The notes under the pieces: generated by a model
Seen by the model: the letters and a program-made list of their open reading frames with translations, nothing else
Database searches by the model: none
What the model was told of the DNA's origin: nothing
Translations under genes and position numbers: made by a program
Source of the DNA: Candidatus Dormiibacterota bacterium
Lineage (GTDB): Bacteria; Chloroflexota; Dormibacteria; Dormibacterales; Dormibacteraceae
Assembly: GCA_036264335.1 (NCBI GenBank)
Contig: DATARC010000170.1
Span: forward strand, 357-64,356
Length of the DNA stretch: 64,000 bases
Direction of reading: 5' to 3'
Shown: in pieces, positions 53,576 to 63,702 of the stretch
How positions within the stretch are numbered: position 1 is the stretch's first letter
Layout of the letters: the number at the start of each line of letters is the position of its first letter

Positions 53576-54252
53576 AGCTTTACCGCGCTTCCCTCTGCAA
53601 AGAGTCCAGCGGGAACCTCGATGCCAAGTGACTCGTAGGCCTTTTCGGGGATGCCGATGTCGACGACCCAGATCTCACCCGCGACGCTCGGGCCATCGGC
53701 AACCAGCAGGCCCTGCTTGGGCAGCCCCATGGTGATCGTGACGTCGGCGCGCACACAAGGAGAGTAGGCGACACCGGTATCGGCGTCGAGGCCCGAAGGC
53801 ACATCGACGGCGACCACTCGCATTCTCGATGCGTTGATCGCCTCGATCCACTCTGCGAACGGCCCCTGGGGCGGCCGAGAAATTCCGACCCCGAAGATCG
53901 CATCCACCACCAGCGATGCACCATCAAGGCGCAGGTCGCTCAGAACCTCGACCCCGGCCATCTCGAGCGCCTTGAGCGCGTTCGCCGCGGGACCCGTGAA
54001 CCGCGTCGGATCGACGCAACAGACATTGCTCAGCTGGCCGGCTTCATGCAGGCGCCGGGCGCACACGAGGCCATCGCCACCGTTGTTGCCAATCCCGCAG
54101 ACCACAACCGCGGGCCGATCGCAGAACCGCGCCACTGCAGCGCCCGCCGCCTCCATGAGGCGGTCGACGGACACGCCAAAGCGCTCAGCGGCGAGCCGGT
54201 CGAGCTCCTTGACCTGCCGGCTATTCAGCGTCGGCAGGGCGCTGGACGACAA
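53572..54252 (-). CDS. nnrE: NAD(P)H-hydrate epimerase (YjeF N-terminal domain)
   Basis: GIGNNGGDG motif. TTG 54252 start. The stop overlaps the exonuclease GTG (GTGA). Confidence 0.8.
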   Translation of the reverse strand: MSSSALPTLNSRQVKELDRLAAERFGVSVDRLMEAAGAAVARFCDRPAVVVCGIGNNGGDGLVCARRLHEAGQLSNVCCVDPTRFTGPAANALKALEMAGVEVLSDLRLDGASLVVDAIFGVGISRPPQGPFAEWIEAINASRMRVVAVDVPSGLDADTGVAYSPCVRADVTITMGLPKQGLLVADGPSVAGEIWVVDIGIPEKAYESLGIEVPAGLFAEGSAVKL

Positions 54253-54862
54253 AGGAGCAGTAAGGGTCGTGGCGGTGGATGGAATCCGCCTGTGACACGG
54301 CGGTGCCGAGCAGCTGGGAGATGAGATGAGGGGTGATCGTGCACACCTGGGGGAATTTGAGGGCCGTGTTGCGGAATGGGCAGTTGTGGATGGTCACCTT
54401 GACGCCTTCAGGGGTCTCGGTCTGCTCGGCAAGCGTGCCTGCTCGGCCGATCCAGGCCACCACCCGCCTCAGCTTTTCGTCGAACTCGAGCCCCTCGAGG
54501 TTCCGCGAGATCGCCCCTGCGTGACGGGTCGCCATGCGCTCGAAGACCTCGTCCAAGGCTTCCGGACCGCCCATCTCCTGGACCTCCTGGAGCACCATCG
54601 TGGCGAGCTGGCCGTAGCGCTTGGGAAAGACGGAATCGGCCCGTTCGGTGAGGGAAAAGAGGAGGGAGGGTCGGCCGCGGCGGCGCTTCTCGGGGCTGCT
54701 GACGACGAATCCGTCTCTTTCCAGGTTGGTCAGGTGTTGGCGGATCGCATTTGGGGTAACTAATAGCTCGGCTGAGATCGTTTCGGCGCTGGCATGGCCC
54801 TTCCGCCGGAGCAACTCCAGGACTTCCATGCGGGTGGAACGGCCGGCAATCGGTTGGCTCAT
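54221..54862 (-). CDS. ArsR-type wHTH regulator with C-terminal Cys-containing domain (COG2345/SufR-like)
   Basis: wHTH (ISAELLVTPNAIRQHLTNLERDG) plus C-terminal CPF...C...C. ATG 54862 chosen inside track ORF 54221..54901. Confidence 0.65.
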   Translation of the reverse strand: MSQPIAGRSTRMEVLELLRRKGHASAETISAELLVTPNAIRQHLTNLERDGFVVSSPEKRRRGRPSLLFSLTERADSVFPKRYGQLATMVLQEVQEMGGPEALDEVFERMATRHAGAISRNLEGLEFDEKLRRVVAWIGRAGTLAEQTETPEGVKVTIHNCPFRNTALKFPQVCTITPHLISQLLGTAVSQADSIHRHDPYCSFVVQRPADAE

Positions 54863-54917
54863 CCGGTCGGTGGCGGCGATGCTAGCACAGCCGGGAACCA
54901 TTTATTACATACGAGTC

Positions 54918-54945
54918 TTGACAAAAGATTTAAGGGCCGTAAAAT
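54918..54945 (+). promoter_or_regulatory. Near-consensus sigma70-type promoter (TTGACA-16 nt-TAAAAT)
   Basis: Read directly in an AT-rich island. GGAGAG SD and ATG 54965 follow. Confidence 0.65.
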
Positions 54946-54964
54946 TGCCTTCGGAGAGATAGAA

Positions 54965-55279
54965 ATGACGATGATCAAGCAGGCCAGCCGCGCCATCGAG
55001 CACATGACCGCACGCGAGCGCCGCGTCCAGCGGGCCAAGTACGCGCGCCGCAACAAGATGCACCTCATCGACAAGCTCCTGAACGAGCTCGAGATGCTGA
55101 ACCTCGCGGACCAGAGGCTGATGCCGCCCGTGCTGTCGGTGGCCATCAACAAGGTCATCGAGGAGTCGCCCGAGGTCACGGTCCTGGCGCAGGCGAAGCC
55201 CGGCTCCGTGATGGAGGCGATGGACGCGCTGTACGAGATCCAGGACAGCCTCATGTACAACCAGATCGAGGACGAGTAA
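54965..55279 (+). CDS. Hypothetical protein (104 aa, basic N-terminus, acidic C-terminus)
   Basis: ATG 54965 inside track ORF 54794..55279. Has a promoter, an SD and a terminator. Confidence 0.6.
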   Translation: MTMIKQASRAIEHMTARERRVQRAKYARRNKMHLIDKLLNELEMLNLADQRLMPPVLSVAINKVIEESPEVTVLAQAKPGSVMEAMDALYEIQDSLMYNQIEDE

Positions 55280-55309
55280 GCCCGGCTCGACCACCCTCAA
55301 GAATTACCA

Positions 55310-55344
55310 GGCCGGTTCCGCGCGGAGCCGGCCTCTTCTTTTGT
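55310..55344. terminator. Bidirectional intrinsic terminator
   Basis: ggccggttccgc/gcggagccggcc stem followed by tcttcttttgt, between convergent genes. Confidence 0.7.
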
Positions 55345-55353
55345 CTGACTCGG

Positions 55354-56892
55354 TCAGCAGGCCCCGCGCCGTGCGGCGGCCGCGTCGGCATCCGCCCAGT
55401 TGAAGGCGGCCGGGTAGGGCGAGTAGGACCGAGGCCCTGAGCAGGCTGCGGCCTGGACGTCCGGTCGCAGGCCCGGATCGAGCTTCGAGGTGCCCGCCAG
55501 GAGCGCCGGCGTCGCATCGCTCGAAAGCTCGCGGAAATACTGGGCATCGATCTTGTGGGTCTGGGCGGCGCGATCGATGTTCAATCCCACCACGAGGGCT
55601 TCGGGATTCACCACGTTCAAGCCGGCGAGAAGGGCCAGCGCACAGATCGCGCTGACGCCGACGAACCAGCGACGTCGGGGGAACCATCCCGCGAGGTCGG
55701 CCGCCAGCAACAGGAACACGACGGCGATCAAGCCGGCGAAGACATGGCTGTACAGGCGGAGCATCGTGAATCCGTAGGCGGCCTCGTACAGGCTCAGCCG
55801 CTGTGACGCAACCAGGACGATCAGCAGGGTCAGCGCGATCGCTACTTCGGCCAGCACGAGGAAGGTGATTCTTGCGGTGCGGTGTGCGAAGCCCGTCACG
55901 CGGCTGAACAGGACCAGCACCACGAGGGTGATGCCCGCGACCCAGAGCAGCTGGAAGAATCCTGAGCGGGCGTAGTCCGCGTAAGTGATGCCGGCCGCAC
56001 GGAGCGTGTCCGCCCCAGTGCCGCTTGCCGCCATCAGCTGAGCGATCGCAAATGCGGCAAAGATGCTGTTGAGCATGCCAAGGACGACCACCGCCTCGGT
56101 CGTTCCGAGCCGCCACGTCGGGCCGTCGACCCGATCGATCGGTTCGGCTGCGGCCAGCCTCAGCAGGCCGGCCATCGCCAGCGAGCCGATCAGCACGAAG
56201 ATCACATCCAGGGCCAGGCGACCGAAATCGAAGTTCAAGTTGAAGAACGAGGCAAAGATCGGATCGGCGGACGCCAGCAGCACGGCCAGCACCACAGCGA
56301 TGGGTATGGCGATTACGAATCCGCGGGCGACAGGCGCCAGAGCGGAAACTCGCGAACGGGTGTGGGTCACCGGCCTCGCAATGAAAGCGACGCCCGCGAT
56401 CCCGTGAAGCGTCGCGCTGACACCTCGTGCGGCGACCTCCGCGATACCGAGATCAAGGACCGATCCACGGCTGGCGAGAGATGCGGCGACGGCGAGAAGC
56501 ACGAGGGCCACAGCGATGTCAGGCACCAGCAACCACGGGCTCGCGCGCAAGCTCAGCCAGGTTCCGAACAGGACCACCGCCGCCGCCAGCAACCGCGCTT
56601 CCAGCCGGACGATCCGACCGGCGAATATCAATGCCGCCGCGGCCGCTGTGAAGGTGAGGGAGGCGCCCAGACCCACCGAGCCACCCCGCAGGAACTGGTC
56701 TGCGATGAGACCAACCACAAGCACGGCAGCGACAGCGGTCCATGTCGCCCCAGTGCGCAGCTTGAGGCTCATCCACCCCGGCATCGGCGCGGTGGCCACT
56801 GCGTCCGCAGCTGGTCGCCACGTGGTGCCGTCCCAGCGCCATCTCCGGTCCGCGGACAACCGTCCGATCTGTGCGGCGGCGTCGTCGGACAT
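55354..56892 (-). CDS. DUF4153/DUF4173-like polytopic membrane protein
   Basis: ORF 55354..56892 with many TM helices. The family call is tentative. Confidence 0.6.
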   Translation of the reverse strand: MSDDAAAQIGRLSADRRWRWDGTTWRPAADAVATAPMPGWMSLKLRTGATWTAVAAVLVVGLIADQFLRGGSVGLGASLTFTAAAAALIFAGRIVRLEARLLAAAVVLFGTWLSLRASPWLLVPDIAVALVLLAVAASLASRGSVLDLGIAEVAARGVSATLHGIAGVAFIARPVTHTRSRVSALAPVARGFVIAIPIAVVLAVLLASADPIFASFFNLNFDFGRLALDVIFVLIGSLAMAGLLRLAAAEPIDRVDGPTWRLGTTEAVVVLGMLNSIFAAFAIAQLMAASGTGADTLRAAGITYADYARSGFFQLLWVAGITLVVLVLFSRVTGFAHRTARITFLVLAEVAIALTLLIVLVASQRLSLYEAAYGFTMLRLYSHVFAGLIAVVFLLLAADLAGWFPRRRWFVGVSAICALALLAGLNVVNPEALVVGLNIDRAAQTHKIDAQYFRELSSDATPALLAGTSKLDPGLRPDVQAAACSGPRSYSPYPAAFNWADADAAAARRGAC

Positions 56893-56974
56893 CAGACCTT
56901 CAACTGGTGGAGGCGGGTGATTGGTTACGCTGCGCGGCTGCCTGGCCTCAGCTGCGGTGCGTTACAGCTCCATC

Positions 56975-58120
56975 TCAACCGCCGAAGGCGGTCGCGGGCA
57001 GGACATAGAAGACGATGGCCGCCATCGCGTACAAGGCAACCAGCTGGAGCCCTTCCAGCCAGTTGCTCTCGCCGTCGTGGGCGATGTAGTTGAACACCAG
57101 GACCATCAGCCCCAGGATCGCGATCTCGACCCAGCTGAAGACCAGGTTCATCGGATGAAAAAACAAGCTCAGCAGGACGACCAGCGGCAGGATGAAGGTG
57201 GCGATCTGAATCGAAGATGCGGAGGCGATGCCCAGCGCGAGGTCGAGGCCTGAGTCCTGTCCTTCGCCGCCCGGTTCGGCCCGCCGCCGGATGGCGGCGC
57301 TGATCGCCGCGTAACCCTCAGCCACGTTCCCGGCGTTCGCGACGACCACGATGCCGACGAAGACGTTCGTCCAGCCCAGCACGCTGGTCACGGCCCCCAC
57401 GGTGCCGGTCAGGATGTCCACGACCGGGATCAGGAGCAGAGTGGCCACGAGCAGCACGGTCACCGAGAGCCAGGCCGGCCAGGTATCGGGCGGCACCGAT
57501 CGAGCCATCGTTGCGGCTCTCGGCCCGCGCCAGGATTCGAATCCGAAGATCGAGAACACGACGTAGCCGGCATATGCCACGAGCAGGGCGGCGGAAACGC
57601 CGACGCTGAGCGTCTGGACCTGCTGGGCAGCCGGGCCGGCCGCGCAGGAGGTTCCGCCGCAGACGGCCATGGCGCCGGCTGAAGGAAAGAGGACCGCAGC
57701 CACCGCCAGGAGCATCAGGACGGAGTGGTGACCAGCCTCGGTTCGGCGGAATTTCGGCTTGCCGTGAATGAGGCCGGCGGAGATGTAACAGAGACCCATG
57801 ATCAGCGCCGAGTTGCTGATGAGGGCCCCGACAAGCGTCGCCTTGACCAGCAGGACGAGGCCTCTTTGAACTCCAAAGAAGCCGATCAGGAAATCGGGAG
57901 CGTTGCCGAATGTGGCGTTGAGCAGGCCGCCGGTTCGGGCGCCGACCCGGTTGCTCAGCTCGTCCGTCGCCGACCCGATGAAGCCGGCCAGCGGGATGAC
58001 GGCGGCGACAGAGAGGAAGAACTGCAGAGCGGACGGCCAACCGAGCCTGCCGCTGATGAGCGTCAACGGCACGAAGACCAGCAGGAAGCCGAACACGCGG
58101 GCTTCCTTCGAAAGTTTCAC
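56975..58120 (-). CDS. Ca2+/H+ exchanger (CaCA family, ChaA/YfkE-like)
   Basis: Two alpha-repeats (GNAPDF and GNVAEG). About 11 TM helices. Confidence 0.8.
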   Translation of the reverse strand: MKLSKEARVFGFLLVFVPLTLISGRLGWPSALQFFLSVAAVIPLAGFIGSATDELSNRVGARTGGLLNATFGNAPDFLIGFFGVQRGLVLLVKATLVGALISNSALIMGLCYISAGLIHGKPKFRRTEAGHHSVLMLLAVAAVLFPSAGAMAVCGGTSCAAGPAAQQVQTLSVGVSAALLVAYAGYVVFSIFGFESWRGPRAATMARSVPPDTWPAWLSVTVLLVATLLLIPVVDILTGTVGAVTSVLGWTNVFVGIVVVANAGNVAEGYAAISAAIRRRAEPGGEGQDSGLDLALGIASASSIQIATFILPLVVLLSLFFHPMNLVFSWVEIAILGLMVLVFNYIAHDGESNWLEGLQLVALYAMAAIVFYVLPATAFGG

Positions 58121-58287
58121 CGCGTCAATCGTGGCGGAGTGTGCGGAGCTCGTGGTGCGCCGGGACCCCGGCCAGTACGCGCTCCGGATTGAGAGTCAAT
58201 TCGAGACGCCGTTGAGACTGGCTCTGAGACGGCTTCTGCAGACGATGGCGTCGTTGCAGGCAGCCCGTTTTCAGAGGAGTAGCTTCG

Positions 58288-59106
58288 ATGTCGATCAACC
58301 CGGAGTACGACAGAACCGTGCCACTTCGTCCGTATCCCAATGGGGCCGAGGCAGTGCAGGCGGTGGAAGCCCCGGTCGATCAGGTCATGGCGGTCCCGCA
58401 GCCTGCCGTCCCATTTGCCGAGGCGATGCAGCCCGCCTATGCTCCAGCACCGCCACCTTTCGTGGCGCCGACCGAGGTCTACGCGCACGCCCAGGTACAG
58501 CCGGCGCCGGCTCGTTTTGAAGCATCAGCCCCGCTCACGGCACCGGCGCGAAAGAGCCGCTCGAGCTGGGCGGTGCCGGTCGCGGTTGGGGTTGTGGGAA
58601 TCCTGGCCACCGGCTCATTGGGTTATTTCCTGTGGTCGACCACTGGTCAGCGCGACGCCGCGCGGCACCAGCTGGCCTCGACCCAGGTCACGCTGACGGG
58701 CACCCAGGCGCTCCTTGCGAACGCGCAACAGGATGCCGCCGGCAGGAAGGTGACCGCGGACTACGTGAGCCTGTACGTGGTCGACAGCGCGAGAGTGGTG
58801 ATCGACGACAAGAACCTGAATGCGTGCAGGGCCTTCGGCCAGTGCCGGACCGCGGCGCAGCAAGAGCTCAATGACATGCAGGCATTCCAGTCGGACCGAA
58901 CCAAGGCCACGGTGCCCGCCGCCCTCGCCAACTCTGACGCCATGCTCGGGGATGCCCTCAGCTCAGGGATCGCCGGCTTGCAGGAGCTGATCAGCGGCAT
59001 GGACAACAACAACCTGGCCAAGATCACCGGCGGCTGGGCCAAGCTCAACAAGGCGATGCTCAGCATGGGCAAAGCCGAGGCCGCTCTCGGAGCCGGTCTC
59101 AAATAG
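58288..59106 (+). CDS. Single-pass membrane protein with Pro/Ala-rich cytoplasmic N-terminus, unknown function
   Basis: ORF 58288..59106 with a GAGGAG SD. One TM helix near residue 100. Confidence 0.6.
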   Translation: MSINPEYDRTVPLRPYPNGAEAVQAVEAPVDQVMAVPQPAVPFAEAMQPAYAPAPPPFVAPTEVYAHAQVQPAPARFEASAPLTAPARKSRSSWAVPVAVGVVGILATGSLGYFLWSTTGQRDAARHQLASTQVTLTGTQALLANAQQDAAGRKVTADYVSLYVVDSARVVIDDKNLNACRAFGQCRTAAQQELNDMQAFQSDRTKATVPAALANSDAMLGDALSSGIAGLQELISGMDNNNLAKITGGWAKLNKAMLSMGKAEAALGAGLK

Positions 59107-59124
59107 CTCGTTGGGATTCAGCTG

Positions 59125-59967
59125 ATGAACCTTGCATCTGGAATCACCGGCATCCGGGCCTGGAGCGCCATCCGGCCCGGTGCCGGCCCCAGGGGCGTGA
59201 CCGCTGGGGCTGGCCCGGCACTCGCGATCTTGCTGGCGCTCGTCGTCCTGGCCCTTCCCGTCGCCGCGGCGGGAGTGATCATTCGTGACGAAAGCGCGAG
59301 CCGGCAGGCGCTTGCGGCGGAGGCTCGGGCCAACCAGGAGCTGCGGCAGCGCGTCACGGCGCTGGAGGCTCGACTCAACGCGCGGCCCGACTGGACGGCG
59401 ATCGTGCGGCGAGTTGAGCCTTCGGTCTTCACCATCGAGACGTCGGCGGGCCTCGGGTCCGCCTGGGTGGCGCGCTCGGACTCGGCAGGATCCGACCTCG
59501 TCACCAATTTCCATGTGGTCGCCGACGCCTGGAATGCCGGCGTAAGCGAAGTCGATGTGCGGCAGGGAGACAGGACGATCAAGGGCATCATCACCCGAGT
59601 CGACCGCGATGACGACCTCGCCATCGTGCATGTCACCGAACACTTCCCAGCCCTCAAGACCGTCGCGTACCGGCCGGCACTTGGATCGAGCGTGATGGCG
59701 ATCGGGTCCCCGCTGGGCCTTGCGGGCAGCCTGTCGATTGGCGTTGTGTCTGGTTATCGCAGCCTAGACGGCGGTGACTTTCTGCAGTTCTCGGCGCCGA
59801 TCAGTCCCGGCAACAGCGGCGGCCCGGTGGTCGACGATCAAGGGCGCGTCGTCGCCGTGGCCGCGGCGAAGTTCGAGGGCACGGGTGTCGAGGCCCTTTC
59901 GCTTGCGATCCCGGTGCAGACCGCATGCACGATGCTCGTCGCCTGCGACCAGGTCTCTACCGGATAG
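59125..59967 (+). CDS. Trypsin-like S1C serine protease (HtrA-like, no PDZ)
   Basis: His (NFHVV), Asp (DDLAIV) and Ser (GNSGGP) triad. N-terminal TM helix. Confidence 0.8.
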   Translation: MNLASGITGIRAWSAIRPGAGPRGVTAGAGPALAILLALVVLALPVAAAGVIIRDESASRQALAAEARANQELRQRVTALEARLNARPDWTAIVRRVEPSVFTIETSAGLGSAWVARSDSAGSDLVTNFHVVADAWNAGVSEVDVRQGDRTIKGIITRVDRDDDLAIVHVTEHFPALKTVAYRPALGSSVMAIGSPLGLAGSLSIGVVSGYRSLDGGDFLQFSAPISPGNSGGPVVDDQGRVVAVAAAKFEGTGVEALSLAIPVQTACTMLVACDQVSTG

Positions 59968-59982
59968 GCGCGGGCGCTCCGT

Positions 59983-61242
59983 CTAGATGCGCGCGGTGCG
60001 CAGTGGCGTGAAAAGGACGGCCAATCCAAAGACCGCAAAACCGGCGCCGCCGATGACGATCGCCGGGACTGGGCCGAGAACCGAGCCGACGTAGCCGCCG
60101 ATGACGCTTCCGAGGGGCCATGCGCCCCAGAAAACGGTTCTGAAGACCGAATTCATGCGGCCCTGCAGGCGGTCAGGCGTGAGCATCTGGCGGAGCGAAA
60201 CCTGGGTCACGTCGTGGATCGGATCCATGACCCCGATGATCAGGAACGTGGCGACCAGGATCGGGATCGCCAGGCCGAACTGCGCTGTGGTCTGCAGCAT
60301 GATCATCGTGCCGACTACCGCCCCTGTCACCGCCAGCGTCCAGCCGGGTCCGAACCGAGCGGCGACACGCCTGCTCACGATGGCGCCGGCCACGCTGCCC
60401 ACACCGGAGACGCTCAGCACCAGGCCGACGGTGCCTGGGGACAGGTGAAGGATCTTGTACAAGAACGGGTAAAGGTTCGGCTCCTCCATGTGGCCGACCA
60501 CGATCGCGCCGCCGAGGCACAGGATGAGGCTGCGCAGCAGCGGATGCCGGAACACGTGCGCAAGACCTTCCTTCAAATCGGCAAAGGCGCTTGCGGCAGG
60601 GCCGGCCCTAACTGGCGAAACGTCCTCTCCCCGGATCCAGGCGAGGCTGGCGAACGAGACCAGGTAGGACGCGGCGTTCACGGCGATGGCCTGCCCGCCG
60701 CCGATGGCCTGGATCAGCAAGCCACCCAGGCCTGGGCCTGCCACGTCGGACACCGAAGAGCTCAGCTGGAGCTTGGCATTGGCGTCACCCAGGTTCTCTC
60801 GCCCAACCAGTGAGGGAACGTACGAGAGATATGCGAGGTCGAAGAAGATGGTGAGAAGGCCGGTCACCAACGCGACGACGTAGAGCTGCACCAGCGTGAG
60901 CGCCCCACCGACAGCGGCGATTGGAATCGAGGCTAAGGCCAGCATCCGGCCGACGTCGGCGAGGATCATGACACGTCGCCTTGGCAGCTGATCGATCCAG
61001 ACGCCGATCGGAAGTGCGAGGAGGGGAAAGGGCAGGCGTGCGAAAGCCGACAGCAGACCCAGCTCGAACGGTCCTGCGTGCAGCTGAAACACGGCAACGG
61101 TCGGCAGCGCGATCTGTGTGATCGACCCGCCAAGCTCGCTCACCGACTGACCCGCCCACAGCTTCAGGAACCTGCGATTTCGCCAGTTCACCTGGCTATT
61201 CTTCCGTGGCGGCGCGCGTGGTGAGGCTAGCCGCGGCTCCAA
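59983..61242 (-). CDS. MFS transporter
   Basis: ORF 59983..61242 with about 12 TM helices. Confidence 0.75.
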   Translation of the reverse strand: MEPRLASPRAPPRKNSQVNWRNRRFLKLWAGQSVSELGGSITQIALPTVAVFQLHAGPFELGLLSAFARLPFPLLALPIGVWIDQLPRRRVMILADVGRMLALASIPIAAVGGALTLVQLYVVALVTGLLTIFFDLAYLSYVPSLVGRENLGDANAKLQLSSSVSDVAGPGLGGLLIQAIGGGQAIAVNAASYLVSFASLAWIRGEDVSPVRAGPAASAFADLKEGLAHVFRHPLLRSLILCLGGAIVVGHMEEPNLYPFLYKILHLSPGTVGLVLSVSGVGSVAGAIVSRRVAARFGPGWTLAVTGAVVGTMIMLQTTAQFGLAIPILVATFLIIGVMDPIHDVTQVSLRQMLTPDRLQGRMNSVFRTVFWGAWPLGSVIGGYVGSVLGPVPAIVIGGAGFAVFGLAVLFTPLRTARI

Positions 61243-62015
61243 TCTGCGTTGAACGAGGTATCGACAGGGCGGCCGAGCGTCGGCACCTCGAGCGCGTACT
61301 CGAGCTCTGCTTCATGCGTGTGGCCGGTGAGCAGATAAACGATCCCGTAGGCGGATTCACCAGACACGCTGTCCCACAGCACGGAGTGCAGCTCGTACCA
61401 GCCCGGCGTGCCACAGTCTTTCGAGCAGTCGACCAGCACGTATGGATACAACGACCACGTTCTACCGTCGATGACCGCATGCCCTGGAGACGTGCCGCCG
61501 ATGTCGATATGCACACCGTGGACGCTGAACCCCGTGATGATCGCGGGCGCCTGCATGGATCCGGCCGGCCACGACACATTGGCGTGCGTCGTGCTCGTCG
61601 TTGTGCACGTGCCTTTCATCGGCTCGCGGTTTAGCTTTGAGCTGGTCGTGCTTTCCCAATAGATGTAGGTCAAGGTCGATCCTGTGCAGTAGAACCAGAG
61701 CACGGACCACGAGTGGGCCTCGACGGCGAGGGCCTGGTACAGGACCAGCGAGTAGCCGTTCCACGGAATGTTCCGGTAGATCAACGCTGACATCACCTGG
61801 CCGCCGACCGTGACGGCACCGAACCGGCTGCGAATGTCGACCCTGGAAACGGTGCTGCCGGTGCCCGAGATGTCGACGCCAAACGTGTTTGTGTCGTCGG
61901 TCGCGATCACGGGCCATGCAATCGGGCCCGGAAGCGGGCTGGCCACAGTGGGTGAAGCGCTGGGGTGGCCGCAGGCCACGAGGATCAGCGCCAGGGCGAC
62001 GGCGGCAGCTCTCAC
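61227..62015 (-). CDS. Lipoprotein, unknown function
   Basis: Track ORF 61227..62177 trimmed to GTG 62015, giving the signal peptide VRAAAVALALILVAC (lipobox LVAC). The longer form would overlap the recombinase gene. Confidence 0.55.
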   Translation of the reverse strand: MRAAAVALALILVACGHPSASPTVASPLPGPIAWPVIATDDTNTFGVDISGTGSTVSRVDIRSRFGAVTVGGQVMSALIYRNIPWNGYSLVLYQALAVEAHSWSVLWFYCTGSTLTYIYWESTTSSKLNREPMKGTCTTTSTTHANVSWPAGSMQAPAIITGFSVHGVHIDIGGTSPGHAVIDGRTWSLYPYVLVDCSKDCGTPGWYELHSVLWDSVSGESAYGIVYLLTGHTHEAELEYALEVPTLGRPVDTSFNADWSRG

Positions 62016-62031
62016 GATCCGGATCGACGGT

Positions 62032-62988
62032 TCAGGCGCCGGCTTTCTTGCCGTCCAGGAATTCCTGGTAGCGGCGATACGCGTCCAGCTTTCTGCTGTC
62101 GACGATCTTCGTGTAGCCCTGGAGCGTATTGAGGTTTGCGTGGCCCAGCACCTCCTGGACCAGCCGGACGTCACCACCCGTGACCTCCAGGAGGGTGGTC
62201 GCGGCGGTGTGCCTTGCCACGTGCGGTGATTTGAACGACCACGCGCCCAGCTTCTGCCGAATCTGACGGACTATGTATCGCGCGCCGGCGGTGGTGAGCC
62301 TGCGGCCGCTGTCATCGGCAACCGACCTGTCGTAGTTGACGAACAAGGCCATGCTCGCGTCCTCGCGCACGGCCAGGTATTCCTCGACGGCCGAGCGCGC
62401 GTCTGTGGTCAGGTAGACCGACCGTTGTTTGGAGCCCTTGCCCATGACCACCAGCCGGTTGCCGCTTCGCGGAAAGTCGGTGCGGTCAAGCGCGAGCGCT
62501 TCGGAGATGCGGCACCCGGTGCTGATGAGGAACTGGACCAGCGCGCGGTCCCGCTTGTCAGCCAGCGTCGTGGTCGGGAGAGCGGCGAGGAGCCGGATCA
62601 GCTCGTCGGGGTCGATGGGCTTGGGGAGGCGCTGCTCGAGCTTTGGCAGCGTGATGCCATTCGACAGATCGCGCTCGAGGATGCCTTCCTTGGCGAGCCA
62701 TCGCAGCCACGAGCGGATGGCGACCAGGGCGCGCGCTCGTGACGCGGGGCTCTTCAGGCGCCCTGCGAGGTGCCGTTGATAAGCGCGGAGGTCCTCATGA
62801 CGAAGGTCTGTCAGCACGAGCGTGTGACCGCTGGTGGCGAGGAATGCGATCAGCCGTCCAAGCTCGGATTCATAGGCCCGGACCGTGTTCGGGCTTCGGT
62901 TCGCCTCGAGTTGAAGCCAGCCGAGATATTCAGAGGCGGCGGCCTGTAGATCGTGAACCATGTCGAGGCCGCTTGCATGTTGCCACAC
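62032..62988 (-). CDS. Tyrosine site-specific recombinase (XerC/XerD family)
   Basis: N-terminal SAM-like domain (TVRAYESEL). Catalytic R...HVARHT...LGH...Y. Confidence 0.8.
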   Translation of the reverse strand: MWQHASGLDMVHDLQAAASEYLGWLQLEANRSPNTVRAYESELGRLIAFLATSGHTLVLTDLRHEDLRAYQRHLAGRLKSPASRARALVAIRSWLRWLAKEGILERDLSNGITLPKLEQRLPKPIDPDELIRLLAALPTTTLADKRDRALVQFLISTGCRISEALALDRTDFPRSGNRLVVMGKGSKQRSVYLTTDARSAVEEYLAVREDASMALFVNYDRSVADDSGRRLTTAGARYIVRQIRQKLGAWSFKSPHVARHTAATTLLEVTGGDVRLVQEVLGHANLNTLQGYTKIVDSRKLDAYRRYQEFLDGKKAGA

Positions 62989-63041
62989 TCCATTCCCCCA
63001 AGGGGGCGCTCAGCATCGATCCTTTAGAGTGAAACGAAGAC

Positions 63042-63677
63042 ATGACGAGATCGCTTGGTTCGTTGGTGGCACTGATGATGTTGGTGGCGTGCTCGTCAAC
63101 CACCGGCGGCACCGCGCCCACCGCGGCCAGCGTCGCTGTTCAGCCCAGCGATCTTCCGAACACGATGCACCAGTGCCCGATCTCGGGTGACATCAACGCC
63201 TACCTCGACAGCCTCAAGACGAAAGATCCGGCCACCTACACGTCAACCAAGGCTGAGTGGGCGGATGCGCAAAGCAAGGGCGCGACCGCGACGCAGGTCA
63301 TGTTCTACACGGACAGCGCTGCGAACTGCGAGAACGTGGCGTCAACAGTTGCCAACCTCAGCGCGGCCGCATACCCGCTCGTGGTCAACTTCTCGATCCA
63401 GTTCAAGGACGAGGCGAGCGCGGCTAACGGTTACACGACCGGCCAGATCTTCGGGATCGACCGGACAACCTTGAAAGCGAATGGAGCGCCGGTGGTGGAA
63501 GGCACCAAGACAGGCCTCGGCTCCAACTCCATCGTGCTCAGCACGACGATCCTGAACCAGGCGTTTTACATCGCGGTGTGGCAGAACAAGGCGTTCATGG
63601 TGATCCTGGGCATCATCAATCTCGACTCGACGACGGGCCAGAAAGTGGCGACCGCCGAGAACAAGAGGGTCAGCTAG
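63042..63677 (+). CDS. Lipoprotein, unknown function
   Basis: Signal peptide MTRSLGSLVALMMLVAC with lipobox. Confidence 0.6.
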   Translation: MTRSLGSLVALMMLVACSSTTGGTAPTAASVAVQPSDLPNTMHQCPISGDINAYLDSLKTKDPATYTSTKAEWADAQSKGATATQVMFYTDSAANCENVASTVANLSAAAYPLVVNFSIQFKDEASAANGYTTGQIFGIDRTTLKANGAPVVEGTKTGLGSNSIVLSTTILNQAFYIAVWQNKAFMVILGIINLDSTTGQKVATAENKRVS

Positions 63678-63702
63678 AAGGTCGATTGATGTCGAGGCGC
63701 GA

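Noticed and set aside
58153-58161. A 9-nt match (tggtgcgcc) to the tRNA-Arg 3' end, considered as a possible attR for an integrated element.
   Set aside because: Only 9 nt match, which is roughly what chance predicts in 64 kb on both strands. The match lies in a promoter region about 5.5 kb away, with ordinary housekeeping-type genes in between.
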